DNA of 34,602 nucleotides from an uncultured Lentisphaeraceae bacterium (GTDB lineage: Bacteria > Verrucomicrobiota > Kiritimatiellia > RFP12 > UBA1067): contig CAZTDL010000001.1 in the NCBI GenBank assembly GCA_964612775.1, forward strand, positions 1 through 34,602, given 5' to 3'. Each line of letters starts with the position of its first letter. Within the stretch, counting starts at the first letter, position 1. The notes beneath the pieces are model-generated. The model was not told the DNA's origin, made no database searches, and saw nothing but the letters and a program-made list of their open reading frames with translations. This document shows, in pieces, positions 17,963-28,737 of the stretch. A program made the position numbers and the translations under genes.

Positions 17963-19356
17963 CTACAGCTCCAATGTCCAAGGCGCGCGCAGGTTGGGCA
18001 CGAGGAATTTGTCGGCTTCGGCGTCGTTCTCAAAACGGGTGTCCGCGGCGTTCCACTTCAGGCTTGAACGTTCAAGCCGCATCCCGATGTGCGCCAGCAC
18101 GGCCGGCGTCACAGAGGAGAAGCCGGCCGTCACCGGCGAGATGTTCTTTCCGTTGGTATAGATATTCTCGATGAAGTTCTTTTCCTGTTGGCCACTGCGA
18201 ATCAGCTTGATCTCATCATCACGGATTTTCTCGCGAATCAACGCCGGCGGCGTTGTTTCCAGCTTGCCGTTCGTCACGTAAATCTCCTTGCCGCCCTCGC
18301 CGAAGAAGTGACATCCGTATTTGTATTCCGAGGAAACGAATACCCGTACGCCATCGGCATAAACGATTTCGAAGCTGAAAGGCTCCGCGATCGTGTTGTA
18401 GAGATCGGTAAACGCAGGCAGTCGGCCCTTTATATTCTCAAGAGCGACAGGCTCTTCGCCGTCCTTGTTCAATGCCCATTGCATGATATCGAGCTGATGC
18501 GCCGCAAAATCCGTGAGCATGCCACAAGAATAATCGAGATTGTAGCGCCACTGCATGGGATGATGGATCTTCGGTGTAAACTTGCGAAGCGGTGCGGGGC
18601 CCAGCCACATCTCCAAATCCACATAGGGCGGCGGAACCGCCAACGGCGTTTCGCTCAACTGTTCAGGCGTTTTTCCGAACACCGAGTGCCCTTTGTTCAA
18701 CCCGACCTCCACGCGCTGAAGTTGGCCGATACGACCGTTACGCACAAACTCGCACGCCATGCGAAAGTAATCGTTTGAGCGAGACTGCGCGCCCGTCTGG
18801 AAGGTGATCCCCGCCCTCTTGACGGCATTCACCATTGCGCGCCCCTCCAACACGGTTAAATATAGCGGCTTCTGGCCATAGATATGCTTACCGTATTTCG
18901 CGGGGACCAGATCGTATGCAACGCATGCCAGTGGTCCGGCGTGCTGATGCAAACGGCATCAAGGTCCTTATCCTGCAGCATCTCGCGAAAATCCCCAAAC
19001 ACCTTACAGCCATTATAATGGGCATTCCCATTCTTCGCGCCGTAAAACCCGTTCACTTTCCGACGGCCGGGTTCGCGCCCCCCCACGCGTTCAGCTTTGT
19101 ACCCGTAGAGCGGTCCCTCGGAAACAGGATCGCAACCCGAGATCACCTGCACGCGGTCATTGTTGAGAAAATTACCGATGTTATCCTGCGCCATCGTCCC
19201 GTAACCCAAGATGCCGACATTGACGCGCTCGGACGGCGGCGGGCGATGTCCCCCGCCTCTCAAGCTCAAACACCCTGACGAAATGATCGTCGGCATGGCG
19301 AACAAAGTCCCCGCACCCGCCACAAAATGGCGACGGGATACCCCTTGCTTTTTCAT
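17963..19356 (-). pseudogene. TAT-signal Gfo/Idh/MocA-family oxidoreductase split by a 1-nt frameshift (track ORFs 18856..19356 and 17963..18952)
   Basis: The N-terminal ORF carries a TAT signal (SRRHFVAGAGTLFA), the Rossmann start VNVGILGYG, and STPDHWHA, then runs into nonsense and a TAA. The continuation (LVPAKYGKHIYGQKPL...EGRAMVNAV...FQTGAQSRS) lies in the -1 frame. Its ATG overlaps the GH97 stop (ATGA at 19354-19358). Confidence 0.8.
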
Positions 19357-21197
19357 CAGTCCTCCTTTACGAAATGAGCGACAAAACCGCCGTTCTTGCG
19401 AATCGCAAGCGTCAGCTTTTCTTGACGCGTCACAAAGCGCTGCTCCATCACATAGGCGTCATCGCGTCCATCGCAATCGCCATATGACACCATGCGGTAT
19501 CTCCCCTTACCCAGAAACGCGCAATCGACGACACTGTCCTGCGGCTGATCGGCGTTGATCACCCCGACAAACCAATCGGCGCGGTCACGCTTGGCAAAAG
19601 CAACGATTTTACCGATCTCCGAACCCGGCAACACGCGAGTCTCATTCCACACCGCAGGAATCGCGCGAAACACCTCCACTGCCGGATTGTCGAGATACCA
19701 TTTGGGATTATCCGCATAACAAAGGAACGGAGAATGGAACACCACAGCCTGAGCCAATTCACGCGCCCACGTAAAACCGTTCAGTTCAGCAGGGTTGAAG
19801 ACGGTCGGCGTGTAGTCCGCGCGCCCCTGCACATTGCGGCAAAAAGGGAGGATCGTATCGTAGCTCGGCGGCTGCGTGCGCTTGTAGCGCGAGATATGCC
19901 ATTCGTGGCCGCGCACCGCCTCACGCGTCAGATCATGCGGCCACGTGCGTTCGCGCCCCGTCGGCTTGACCGCACCGTGAAAATCAACGAAGAGGCCAAT
20001 CTCCGCCGCGTCACGCAACGTATCGTCATACCATTGGACCCACCAACTGTCCGCAGGCGGCATAAAGTCGATTTTGATGCCGATCACGCCGCAGTCCTTG
20101 ACACGCCGCATGTACGCTTTCCTCGCTTCGGGCGTCTTGACCTCTTTGCTGTGGACCCAGATGGCCGTCTCAACCCCCACCGACTTGCCATACGCGACAA
20201 CATCGCGCAGACAGGCCCACTCGTCCTTATTGCCGTCATGCCATTTCTTCCAGCCGTCATCGATCAGATAGTATTCAAAGCCCAATGAGCGGGTGTTGTC
20301 ATACCACCCTTTCTGATCTTTCAATTCGGGGTCACCGCTCGACCACCAGTGCCACACCGCACGTCCCGGCTTATAGAACGTGGCTTCCGCCAATTTCTCG
20401 TCAGGCGGAGGACAGAGATTTTTGACGATATCGCTGTTGACCAACGTGTTCAGATCTTTCGCGATCAAGGTCACGCGCCACGGAGAAACGATTTCCCCTT
20501 CATTCTTCCACCCCGCTTTATCCGCATGGAAGAAGGCCGCGAACGTCCTGTTTCCGATCACTTTGAGCGCCAAATCGCTGTAATTGATCAAGTTTGCCTC
20601 GGTCAACATCAAATAAGCCGAACGATCCTGCAACATGACGGTCACAGGCACGCCCATTGCCGTTTCTTTCGGCACGGCATCGACTTTCTGCTCGTTATAG
20701 ATATCCTCGTGATTGCTGATGCCTTTCTGATACCAAACAATCGCGCCCTCGGGCAACACCCACGCGCTCGCCTCGCCGCCGATTGACCGAATGCCGCTTC
20801 CCGGCACGCGATAACGATACGCCACACCGTCATCGAACACCCGCACGTCCAGAAGTGCGGAGGTCTGTCCCTGTTCATCCAGCAACGGCACCACCGCCTC
20901 GCGATAATGGTTCACAGCCGTATCATGCATCCCGACGACAGGATAGGTTTCTTTGAACGTACTTGTCCGGGGCTCGCCATACGTCATATTCTTTCCGAGA
21001 TCCTGACCGTCAACCGTCACGCCCAACGGAGACGCGGGCAAGACCTCAGCCTGATTCAGCGAAACGCAATAGGCCAATTGTCCCGAAGCATACCGTCCAA
21101 GCACGACCTCCACATCACCATTCGGACTCTGAACCGTCACTTGCGCCTCAGCACCAACGGCAATCAACGCCATCAAACACGCCAACAATCGCTTCAT
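19356..21197 (-). CDS. Secreted glycoside hydrolase, GH97-like (alpha-glucosidase/alpha-galactosidase family)
   Basis: Signal peptide MKRLLACLMALIAVGAEA. GH97-like N-terminal domain (VQSPNGDVEVVL...LAYCVSLNQAEVLPASPLGV) and catalytic barrel motifs (YYLIDDGW, GVIGIKIDFM). The family call is from memory of SusB-like sequences. Confidence 0.65.
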   Translation of the reverse strand: MKRLLACLMALIAVGAEAQVTVQSPNGDVEVVLGRYASGQLAYCVSLNQAEVLPASPLGVTVDGQDLGKNMTYGEPRTSTFKETYPVVGMHDTAVNHYREAVVPLLDEQGQTSALLDVRVFDDGVAYRYRVPGSGIRSIGGEASAWVLPEGAIVWYQKGISNHEDIYNEQKVDAVPKETAMGVPVTVMLQDRSAYLMLTEANLINYSDLALKVIGNRTFAAFFHADKAGWKNEGEIVSPWRVTLIAKDLNTLVNSDIVKNLCPPPDEKLAEATFYKPGRAVWHWWSSGDPELKDQKGWYDNTRSLGFEYYLIDDGWKKWHDGNKDEWACLRDVVAYGKSVGVETAIWVHSKEVKTPEARKAYMRRVKDCGVIGIKIDFMPPADSWWVQWYDDTLRDAAEIGLFVDFHGAVKPTGRERTWPHDLTREAVRGHEWHISRYKRTQPPSYDTILPFCRNVQGRADYTPTVFNPAELNGFTWARELAQAVVFHSPFLCYADNPKWYLDNPAVEVFRAIPAVWNETRVLPGSEIGKIVAFAKRDRADWFVGVINADQPQDSVVDCAFLGKGRYRMVSYGDCDGRDDAYVMEQRFVTRQEKLTLAIRKNGGFVAHFVKED

Positions 21198-21275
21198 CGT
21201 TATTCCCCTTCCTCATCGCAATCAATCATGTGTACGGAAAGCCCGGTTAAACCGCCCGCATCCTTAAAGAACCGA

Positions 21276-24044
21276 CTACTTCTTCTCTCCAAACGTAAAA
21301 TCATCCAAGAAGTAAGCCGCCTTACTCTTCGCAGTCGAGCAAAAACCAAGCCATTCCATCGATCTAAACGCATCGCTCGCGAACAGCAAATCCGACACAA
21401 CGACGTCCGGCCGGCCCGCGCGCGTTACCTTAACCGACCATCGTCCCGTCGCGTTCGGCCCCACGCTCGCGCTTACAGCCACCTGAACCCACTCATCGGC
21501 AGGAATCTCAGCGATCAGCCGTTCTCCGCCATTCAATACGCCCTGCGCATTCGCCACTCTTGTCCGCGCGCGGATCTTGCCCCCCCCGAAGGACAGGAAC
21601 GGCCCTGTCTTATATCCGTTTCCGCCGCCCTCCGGATAGTCACGCCACTCGGTGAAAAACTCGGCGCCCGCAGTCATTCTGACCGCAAATCGATTCTCAA
21701 CCATAGCGTTGGTGAACACACATCCAAACGTGAAATGCGGATCATAAACATAAGTCAAATCTGCCGCGTCCTGAATTTTGAGCGACTGCTTGCCCGAAAA
21801 CGCCGTCTCCGCAGTAACGGCGATGCTGTCGCCTTTCTTCTCCACATGCGTCGACATGTCAGGGAATTGCGCATTGAGCGGTAACCCGTCGAAGTTCTCA
21901 TCCACCCGCCGCACCGCATAACGTTCCGGCTCCGGCGCGAACTGGACTTCGCTGTAGGTTTTGCGGGCCGCGAGTCTGCGCCACGCCCTCGAACCGTATA
22001 CGCCCGCCTTTGTATAGTCAAAAGGCCGAAAACCCGCCTTCACAGCGGGAGAGCGCCAGCGGAAACGGAAATCGCCTTTCTCCGCATTCCTAAAACGCGG
22101 GTCGGCAATCTGCGACTGCGTATCCTTGCCCGACGCCTGCCAATCTTTCCAAGAACCGCAATTGAAGGCGTTACTGGCGATGCCGTTCGGATTCCAATAG
22201 GTATTCGCGTTCACCACCACATCCGTAACCGTACCAACCGCTCCCGCATGACCGCGCCAGAAGGCCGCCGAATCGTTATCCCAATACACGATATTGTTCG
22301 TGAAAATAAACGCCGTGTGAGATTCAATGCGCGATCGCTGAATCTGTCCGTTCATGCTGAACGCCAGAATATTGTTGCGAAACACGTTCTCCCGTCCGTA
22401 GTGCTGATGGACGCAACCGGTCTTCACATGATGGATCAAGTTATTTTCAAACACCATCTGCGCGCTTCCCTCGTCCGTATAGAGTCCCCATCCGCCGCGA
22501 CCGGTATAGTCATACGAATAGACGTCATGAATGTGGTTGTTCGTGATCGCCGTGCCATCCGAACGGCCGAGCGTGTAAATGCCGCCCATATCGCTCAACA
22601 CGCCCCAGCCGATGTGGTGGATATGGTTGAACGCTAAGGTATTGCGATGCGTCGCCGTCTCGCGGTAACCCCACGTCCACCCCATTGAAATGCCGGTATA
22701 GAAGAAATCGCCGATGTCGTTGTGCGTCACCTGAACGTCGCTCGCGTGACCGATCCAAACGCCCGTCGCGCCGGGGAAGTTGCGGCCGCCCTCCTGCAGG
22801 ATGTTATTATCAACCACAATTTTTCCGGTCAGCTTGTCCGGCAACTCCTCTTTACTCCACTTAAAATCGCCGATGCGCACCGCCCCTCCTCCGATGTCAT
22901 GCACATAACACCGTTCCATCACGCTCTCGCGGCAACCCTTGCGGAACCAGACGCCATGCGTTCCGGCATGCGCAAATTCGCAGTCGCGGAACGTCACATG
23001 CCGCACGCCATCCATTTCCACTGCGGCGGGTTGAGATACCGCGGCCTGCCCATCGCCCTGCCCGCGATCAGGCAAGAAATAGGCCGCATAGCAGAAGGTC
23101 AAACCTTCAAACGCAACATTCGAGATCCATTGTTCCGACAAGGCATCGCCTTTGAACTGCAGAAACGCAGTCGTGACCGGCGCAACCGCCTGAGCCGTTT
23201 CGGGACACTCACCTGGCAACGGCAAATAGCTCAGCACACCCGTTTCATCTAAGTACCATTCGCCCGCCTCATCGAGCGCCTCTCTGAAATTCTCGATCTG
23301 GTACCGCGGCAGATAGCTTTTCCAATTGAAGAAGGCCCACGGCGTGCTGGGAGTCACAACGACGCGTCCGCGATCAAAGTCAACGGCCTGAACCCGCGCC
23401 TAGCTCACTTCCCATGAGTGGAAAACCCGCACCACGACATTCGACAACGCCTCGCGGCTTTTGCCCGCCAACGGCGCGATATCGTTCTTGTCCGCAACAA
23501 AGGCCCGACGCGACAGGTCCGCGACCTGACCGGTCAGCGGGTCGACGCCATAGGGAGAAGGAGCCCGCATGTAGTAATAAAAACGGTTCGGCGAACGTGC
23601 CCGCGTGGCACGCCGCCCGTTGATATAGAGCTGCTCAAAGCGCAATGACGGATCGACCCGCGCATGCCACACGCCATCTGCGCCGACCTCGAATTTCGGC
23701 AGGCGTTTTCCGCCGGAGAAAACAGGCCTCGCGCCCTTTGCGGCAACATACTTCACCGGCGCGTCGGACGACCCCGAATCCTCGGGACCGAACACGACCG
23801 GCTCTGTCAATTTGTATTCGCCGTCCGCAAACGCCACCGTCACCGGTTCTTTCAGATTTCCTTGCGCCCGCATCTGTCTGACGCGGTCCCGTGCCCCCTG
23901 CAACGAAGCCAGAGGATGTTGACTGTCACCGATATCGGTATCCGCACCGCCTGGAGCCGCGTAGAGCGACACGGCGCCGGCCGATTCAATTGTCAACGCA
24001 AAGGCCCCCAATAAACACGCCACGACCTGATAACATCCGTCCAT
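21276..24044 (-). pseudogene. Secreted right-handed parallel beta-helix repeat protein (polysaccharide lyase/hydrolase-like, with a C-terminal lectin-like region) interrupted by one in-frame TAG
   Basis: Track ORFs 23400..24044 and 21276..23357 share a frame: the 42 nt (14 codons) at 23358-23399 between the TAG and the track's GTG start are open. Read across the stop: ...VRVFHSWEVS*ARVQAVDFDRGRVVVTPSTPWAFF... The downstream part has beta-helix repeats (GGAVRIGD, HNDIGDFFYTGISMGW, NNHIHDV, NNLIHHV). Confidence 0.8.
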
Positions 24045-24116
24045 GATTCGCGTCCCCTCTTATTATGATGAAATATTTATATCACAAGACAGCGGGGACA
24101 AGCCAGTTCTTCGCAA

Positions 24117-24158
24117 CATAAAATCGGGGCGCGAATCACCGCACGTGAATCGCGCCCC
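24117..24158 (-). terminator. Intrinsic terminator of the minus-strand RND efflux operon
   Basis: Hairpin at 24126-24158 (GGGGCGCGAATCAC...GTGAATCGCGCCCC, about 14 bp with 1 mismatch), 33 nt after the OMF stop. On the minus strand it is followed by GATTTTATGTT. Confidence 0.7.
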
Positions 24159-24190
24159 AACATAAAATAATATCGCCAACCCGTACGCTG

Positions 24191-25600
24191 TTATTCAGTC
24201 GGAGGCATCAGCGGGGACCATCCGCCCCCGAGCGCCTTGTAAACGCGAATCAGATTTTCCGTGATCGCGCCTTCGCTAACGACCACGGCTTCCTCGAACG
24301 TTTGCAGCGAACGTTGCGCGTCGAGAACGCTGTTGAAGTCGGCGATGCCGTGCGTATAGCGGTCCTGAGAAATGATTACGGCCGCACGGGCCGCACGGGC
24401 CGCTTTGGCGAGCGAATCGTGCCGAGCATGTTCCCTCCCATAAGATGACAGCGCATCGCGTAACTCGGCCATCGCCAACAGGACACTCTGCTCGTAAGCG
24501 GCCAGCGCCTGTTCCTGCAAGGCGCTCTGAACCTCGATGTTGGCGCGAATCGACCCCGCGTGGAACACCGGCCAAGACACGCTCGGCCCCAACGAAAGAT
24601 ACCGACTGCTCCAGTCGTTCAGTGAATCTGCGTGTAACGTTTCCAGTCCGACAGATCCGTTCAGCTTCAGGGTGGGATAAAGATCAGCCTTGGCCTCGCC
24701 GATGCGGGCGGTTTGCGCGGCCAGCGTTCGCTCAGCGGCCCGAACGTCCGGCCGTCGCCGAAGCAGGTCGGCCGGAATGCCCGCCAACATACGCGGTGCC
24801 GCAGCAGGGATCGGTGCGGGCGCGGCCAACTCGGACGACAGTTCACCGGGCAACACCCCCGTCAGGACGGCTAACGCGTTGAGGTCTGCCTCTTCTTCAC
24901 TCTCCAGCGAGGGGATTGCAGACCGAGTCCGTTCCATATTATAACGGGCCTGCTCGACCGCCAATCCGTCGCTGAGTCCTGCCGCCGCACGAGATTGAAG
25001 AATCTCGAGTGTCTGAGCCTGAAGGGTCAGATTCGTTTGCGCCACATTGAGGCGCTGCCGGACCGTCCGGAGCTGCACATAGGCGCGGGCCGTTTCGGCG
25101 GCCAAACTCACCCATACGTTTTCAAGCGTCGCGCACTCGGCCTCAAACGACGCCTGTGCGGCCTCGATCGCACGACGTTGCCGTCCCATCAGATCGAGTT
25201 CCCATGAGGCATCGAATCCGGCCTGATAGTCGCTGCCATCGTAGGGTTGCCCCGTGTTATCGCTATTGCGGAAACGCCGATAAGCCCCATTGGCGTCCAC
25301 TTGCGGCAAAAGCCCCGCGTGGCTTATGCGCAAGCGGGCGCGCGCTTCGCGAACTTTGGCCACAGCGCCCCGTAACGAACGGTTTCCAGCCAACGTGCGG
25401 GCAATTTGGTTGGTCAACAACGGATCGTCGAACGCCGTCCACCATACCGCGACTTCAGACGGCACGAGAGCAACACCTTCAACGGTCTGAGGCAGATTCG
25501 CCGTCGGTTCTGGCAACGTCGGGGGCTGATAATCAGGCCCAACCGCTTTGCATCCAGCCAAGAAAAGAAACAACAAGCCACACACATTTATGCACTTCAT
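24191..25600 (-). CDS. RND efflux outer membrane factor lipoprotein (NodT family)
   Basis: The ATG at 25600 lies 11 nt after the pump stop. Lipobox LFLAGC followed by GPDYQPP. C-terminal signature NSVLDAQRSL...RVYKALGGGW. The track start at 25711 overlaps the pump gene. Confidence 0.88.
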   Translation of the reverse strand: MKCINVCGLLFLFLAGCKAVGPDYQPPTLPEPTANLPQTVEGVALVPSEVAVWWTAFDDPLLTNQIARTLAGNRSLRGAVAKVREARARLRISHAGLLPQVDANGAYRRFRNSDNTGQPYDGSDYQAGFDASWELDLMGRQRRAIEAAQASFEAECATLENVWVSLAAETARAYVQLRTVRQRLNVAQTNLTLQAQTLEILQSRAAAGLSDGLAVEQARYNMERTRSAIPSLESEEEADLNALAVLTGVLPGELSSELAAPAPIPAAAPRMLAGIPADLLRRRPDVRAAERTLAAQTARIGEAKADLYPTLKLNGSVGLETLHADSLNDWSSRYLSLGPSVSWPVFHAGSIRANIEVQSALQEQALAAYEQSVLLAMAELRDALSSYGREHARHDSLAKAARAARAAVIISQDRYTHGIADFNSVLDAQRSLQTFEEAVVVSEGAITENLIRVYKALGGGWSPLMPPTE

Positions 25601-25611
25601 GAGAAAACCCC

Positions 25612-28600
25612 TCATCTTTTCCATCCCAATCGCGCTCGCAGCGCGCTGGCTTTTTCGCGGATCGTCTGAAACAGCGAGTAGAGTCCCGGCACCAGAATAA
25701 TGCCCAGACACGTCGCAGCGATCATACCGGAGAAAACCGTCACGCCGATCACCTGACGGCTCGCAGCGCCCGCGCCTTTCGCGTAAACCATCGGCAACAC
25801 GCCCAACACAAAGGTGAGCGCCGTCATCAACACGGCGCGGAACCGTTGATGGGCTCCATCCGCCGCAGCCTCTACGATAGAGGCGCCGGACTCACGCTTG
25901 ACCTTTGAGAATTCCACGATCAGAATCGCGTTTTTACTGGCCAGCGCCACCAGCAGAATCAGACCGAGCTGAGCATAGATACTCAACGACATTCCGGCTA
26001 TGCGAAGCCCGACGAAGGCACCGACCGTCGCCACAAAGATCGAGAACATCACGGGCAGGGGAATCGTCCAACTCTCATATTGCGCCACGAGGAACAGGTA
26101 ACCAAACACCACAGCCATAAGCATCAGCATGACGGTCTGCCCTGAAGCGCGTTGCTCCTGATAGCTCAGTCCGGACCATTCGACCGCGAAGCCCTTCGGA
26201 AGAATCCGTTTCGCGGCCGCAGCAACATGCGTCATGGCGTTGCCGCTGCTGGCCCCGGGCTTGAGCGCAGCCGTAATGCCCGCACTCGGAAACAGGTTAT
26301 AACGCGGATAGAGGCGAGGTCCGAGTTCGGTGGAAAGTTTGACAAGACTTCCCATAGGTACCATTTCGCCGCGGGTACTCTTGACGTAAAGCTTCAGCAC
26401 ATCGTCCGGCGTGCGCCGTCCGTCCCAATCCGACTGAACAATCACCTGATTCACCTGATTGTCCAGATTGACATCATTGACATAGCGTGAACCGAGATAG
26501 TTCTGAAGGGTGGAGAACACCGTCGAAACCGGCACGCCGAGCATCTCCGCCTTGGTGCGGTCCAAATTCAGAAAGACCGACGGCGTTTGCGCCGTGTAGC
26601 CGCTGAAGGCGAAGAGCACTTCGGGCACCTGATTGACCACACCGAGTAACTTGTGCAGTTGTGCCTCAAGCATTTCTGGACTGGCGCCGGCCGTGGCCTG
26701 CAGACGCAGATCGAGACCGCCATTGGCGCCTAACCCGGGAATCGACGGGGGCATGAAAAAGTTGATTTCGGCTCCCGATATCGTAGCGCTCTTTGCCCGG
26801 AACCGGTTCAGGATAGCGGCGGCGTGAAGATTGGGTTTCTCGCGTTCCGACCAATGCGTAAGACCGATGATCACAAAACCCACGTTCTCCGCGCGGCCAC
26901 CCAACATGCTGAAACCGGTGATGCCGAGCACAAACTGAATACCCTCTCCGCCACGGATCGCCGAAGAGAGTTGCTCGATCACCTTGTCGGTGCGCATATT
27001 GTTCGCCGCTTCCGGCAAACGCACGTCGGCGAAAATGACCCCCTGATCCTCTTCGGGAAGGAAAGACGTGGGCGTCTGACGGAACAGAGACCAACTCAGG
27101 CCCACAGCCGCCGCCAGCAACAGAGCCGACAGTCCGATCCGACGCGCCAGCCAAACCGAGGCAACCACATATCCGCGCCGACTGCTCCAGAGCACGGAGT
27201 TAAACCAAGCCAACGGACCATGGCGCGACAGCTTCGGCACGCCCAGCAGCGTCGCGCAAAGCGCCGGACTCAACGTGAGCGCGTTGACGGTCGAGAAGCA
27301 AATCGCCACGGACATCGTCACAGCGAACTGCTGGTAGACGCGTCCTGTGATCCCGGGTATGAAGCCCACAGGCACGAAGATCGCCAACAGAACAAGCGTC
27401 GTCGCGATAATGGCCCCCGTCACCTGTTCCATCGTCCGAATCGTCGCCGTCTTGCGATCAAGCTTTTCCGTCTCCATTAAATACTGCACACGCTCGACCA
27501 CCAGAATGGCGTCGTCCACCACCGAGCCGATGGCTAGCACCAGTCCGAAAAGCGTCAGCGTATTAATGCTATAGCCCAAAGCCTTCAACACTGCGAACGT
27601 CGCGCAGAGCGAGACGGGGATCGTCAGCGACGGCACCAGCGTCGCCCGCCAATCCTGCAGAAACAAATAGCAGACCAACACAACCAGCAGGAACGTTTCG
27701 AACAGGGTGGAGACAATCTCTTTGATACTCGAACGCACGAACTTGGTCGCATCATAGGAGGTCTCGCACACCAGATCGTCGGGAAACTGCTCGCGTAACT
27801 TTACAAGTTCTTCCTGAATCGCGTCCATGGTATTGATCGCGTTGCTGCCCGGCTTCTGAGCCAGCGCGATCGACACCGAATCCGCGCCATTGTAGTTACC
27901 GCTGAAAAGATAAGAACTCTGGCCGAATTCCACGCGGCCCACGTCCTTCAGACGCACCAAGCCCCCCTGCGCCTCGGTACGCACGACGATCTCGCGAAAA
28001 TCGACAGGCTCGTTGAGTCGTCCCATGGCGCGCAACGTATAAACCGTTTGGGCATTGCCCTCGGCGGGTGCGGCACCCACCGAACCGAGTGTCGCCTGAA
28101 TGTTTTGACTGCGGACCGCCGCTATGACGGCGTCGGCACCCAGTCCCTGAGCCGTCAGCCGCGCCGGGTCTAGCCAAACGCGCATGCTGCGCTTAGGGCC
28201 ATAGACCTCCGCACTGCCCACGCCCGGGACGCGCTTCAGCACGTTCTTAATGTGGTTGTGCGCGTAGTCGCTCAGAAACAGACGGTTATGCGTCCCTTTA
28301 GGAGACCGCAGGTTCAGGAAGCCCAGCATGTCGGTCGAACGCGTCGTGACCGACACCCCCTGCTCGGTCACCTCGGTCGGCAGTTTCGGCGTAGCCTGTT
28401 GCACGCGATTCTGGACCTTAACCATGTCCATATCCAAATCCGTGCCGACCTCGAACGTCACCGTCAGCGTATAGCTACCGGAATCATCGCACTCGGAAGC
28501 CATATAGCTCATGCCGTCGACGCCGTTGACCTCGTCCTCGATGGGAACCGCCACCGTATTGGCCAATTCCTGGGCATTCGCGCCGGGATAGCTCGCACTG

Positions 28601-28737
28601 ACAATCACCTGAGGCGGCGTCACCTGGGGATACTGGGAAACCGGCAGATTCTTAATCGACAAGAGTCCCGCGAGCGTCAGCACGATGGAGATGACCATCG
28701 CGAAACGAGGACGGTCGATAAACACTCGGGAAATCAT
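25612..28737 (-). CDS. RND efflux transporter permease (AcrB/HAE1-like)
   Basis: 1041 aa. N-terminus [24 protein letters not shown]...[11 protein letters not shown], with the 12-TM/2-loop architecture typical of AcrB-family pumps. The start overlaps the adaptor stop (ATGA at 28734-28737). Confidence 0.92.
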   Translation of the reverse strand: MISRVFIDRPRFAMVISIVLTLAGLLSIKNLPVSQYPQVTPPQVIVSASYPGANAQELANTVAVPIEDEVNGVDGMSYMASECDDSGSYTLTVTFEVGTDLDMDMVKVQNRVQQATPKLPTEVTEQGVSVTTRSTDMLGFLNLRSPKGTHNRLFLSDYAHNHIKNVLKRVPGVGSAEVYGPKRSMRVWLDPARLTAQGLGADAVIAAVRSQNIQATLGSVGAAPAEGNAQTVYTLRAMGRLNEPVDFREIVVRTEAQGGLVRLKDVGRVEFGQSSYLFSGNYNGADSVSIALAQKPGSNAINTMDAIQEELVKLREQFPDDLVCETSYDATKFVRSSIKEIVSTLFETFLLVVLVCYLFLQDWRATLVPSLTIPVSLCATFAVLKALGYSINTLTLFGLVLAIGSVVDDAILVVERVQYLMETEKLDRKTATIRTMEQVTGAIIATTLVLLAIFVPVGFIPGITGRVYQQFAVTMSVAICFSTVNALTLSPALCATLLGVPKLSRHGPLAWFNSVLWSSRRGYVVASVWLARRIGLSALLLAAAVGLSWSLFRQTPTSFLPEEDQGVIFADVRLPEAANNMRTDKVIEQLSSAIRGGEGIQFVLGITGFSMLGGRAENVGFVIIGLTHWSEREKPNLHAAAILNRFRAKSATISGAEINFFMPPSIPGLGANGGLDLRLQATAGASPEMLEAQLHKLLGVVNQVPEVLFAFSGYTAQTPSVFLNLDRTKAEMLGVPVSTVFSTLQNYLGSRYVNDVNLDNQVNQVIVQSDWDGRRTPDDVLKLYVKSTRGEMVPMGSLVKLSTELGPRLYPRYNLFPSAGITAALKPGASSGNAMTHVAAAAKRILPKGFAVEWSGLSYQEQRASGQTVMLMLMAVVFGYLFLVAQYESWTIPLPVMFSIFVATVGAFVGLRIAGMSLSIYAQLGLILLVALASKNAILIVEFSKVKRESGASIVEAAADGAHQRFRAVLMTALTFVLGVLPMVYAKGAGAASRQVIGVTVFSGMIAATCLGIILVPGLYSLFQTIREKASALRARLGWKR

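Noticed and set aside
23400-23402. TAG as a recoded sense codon (pyrrolysine or genetic-code reassignment)
   Set aside because: TAG terminates three well-defined genes in this window at the expected protein ends. No pyl genes are visible. A single nonsense change or a sequence error is more parsimonious.
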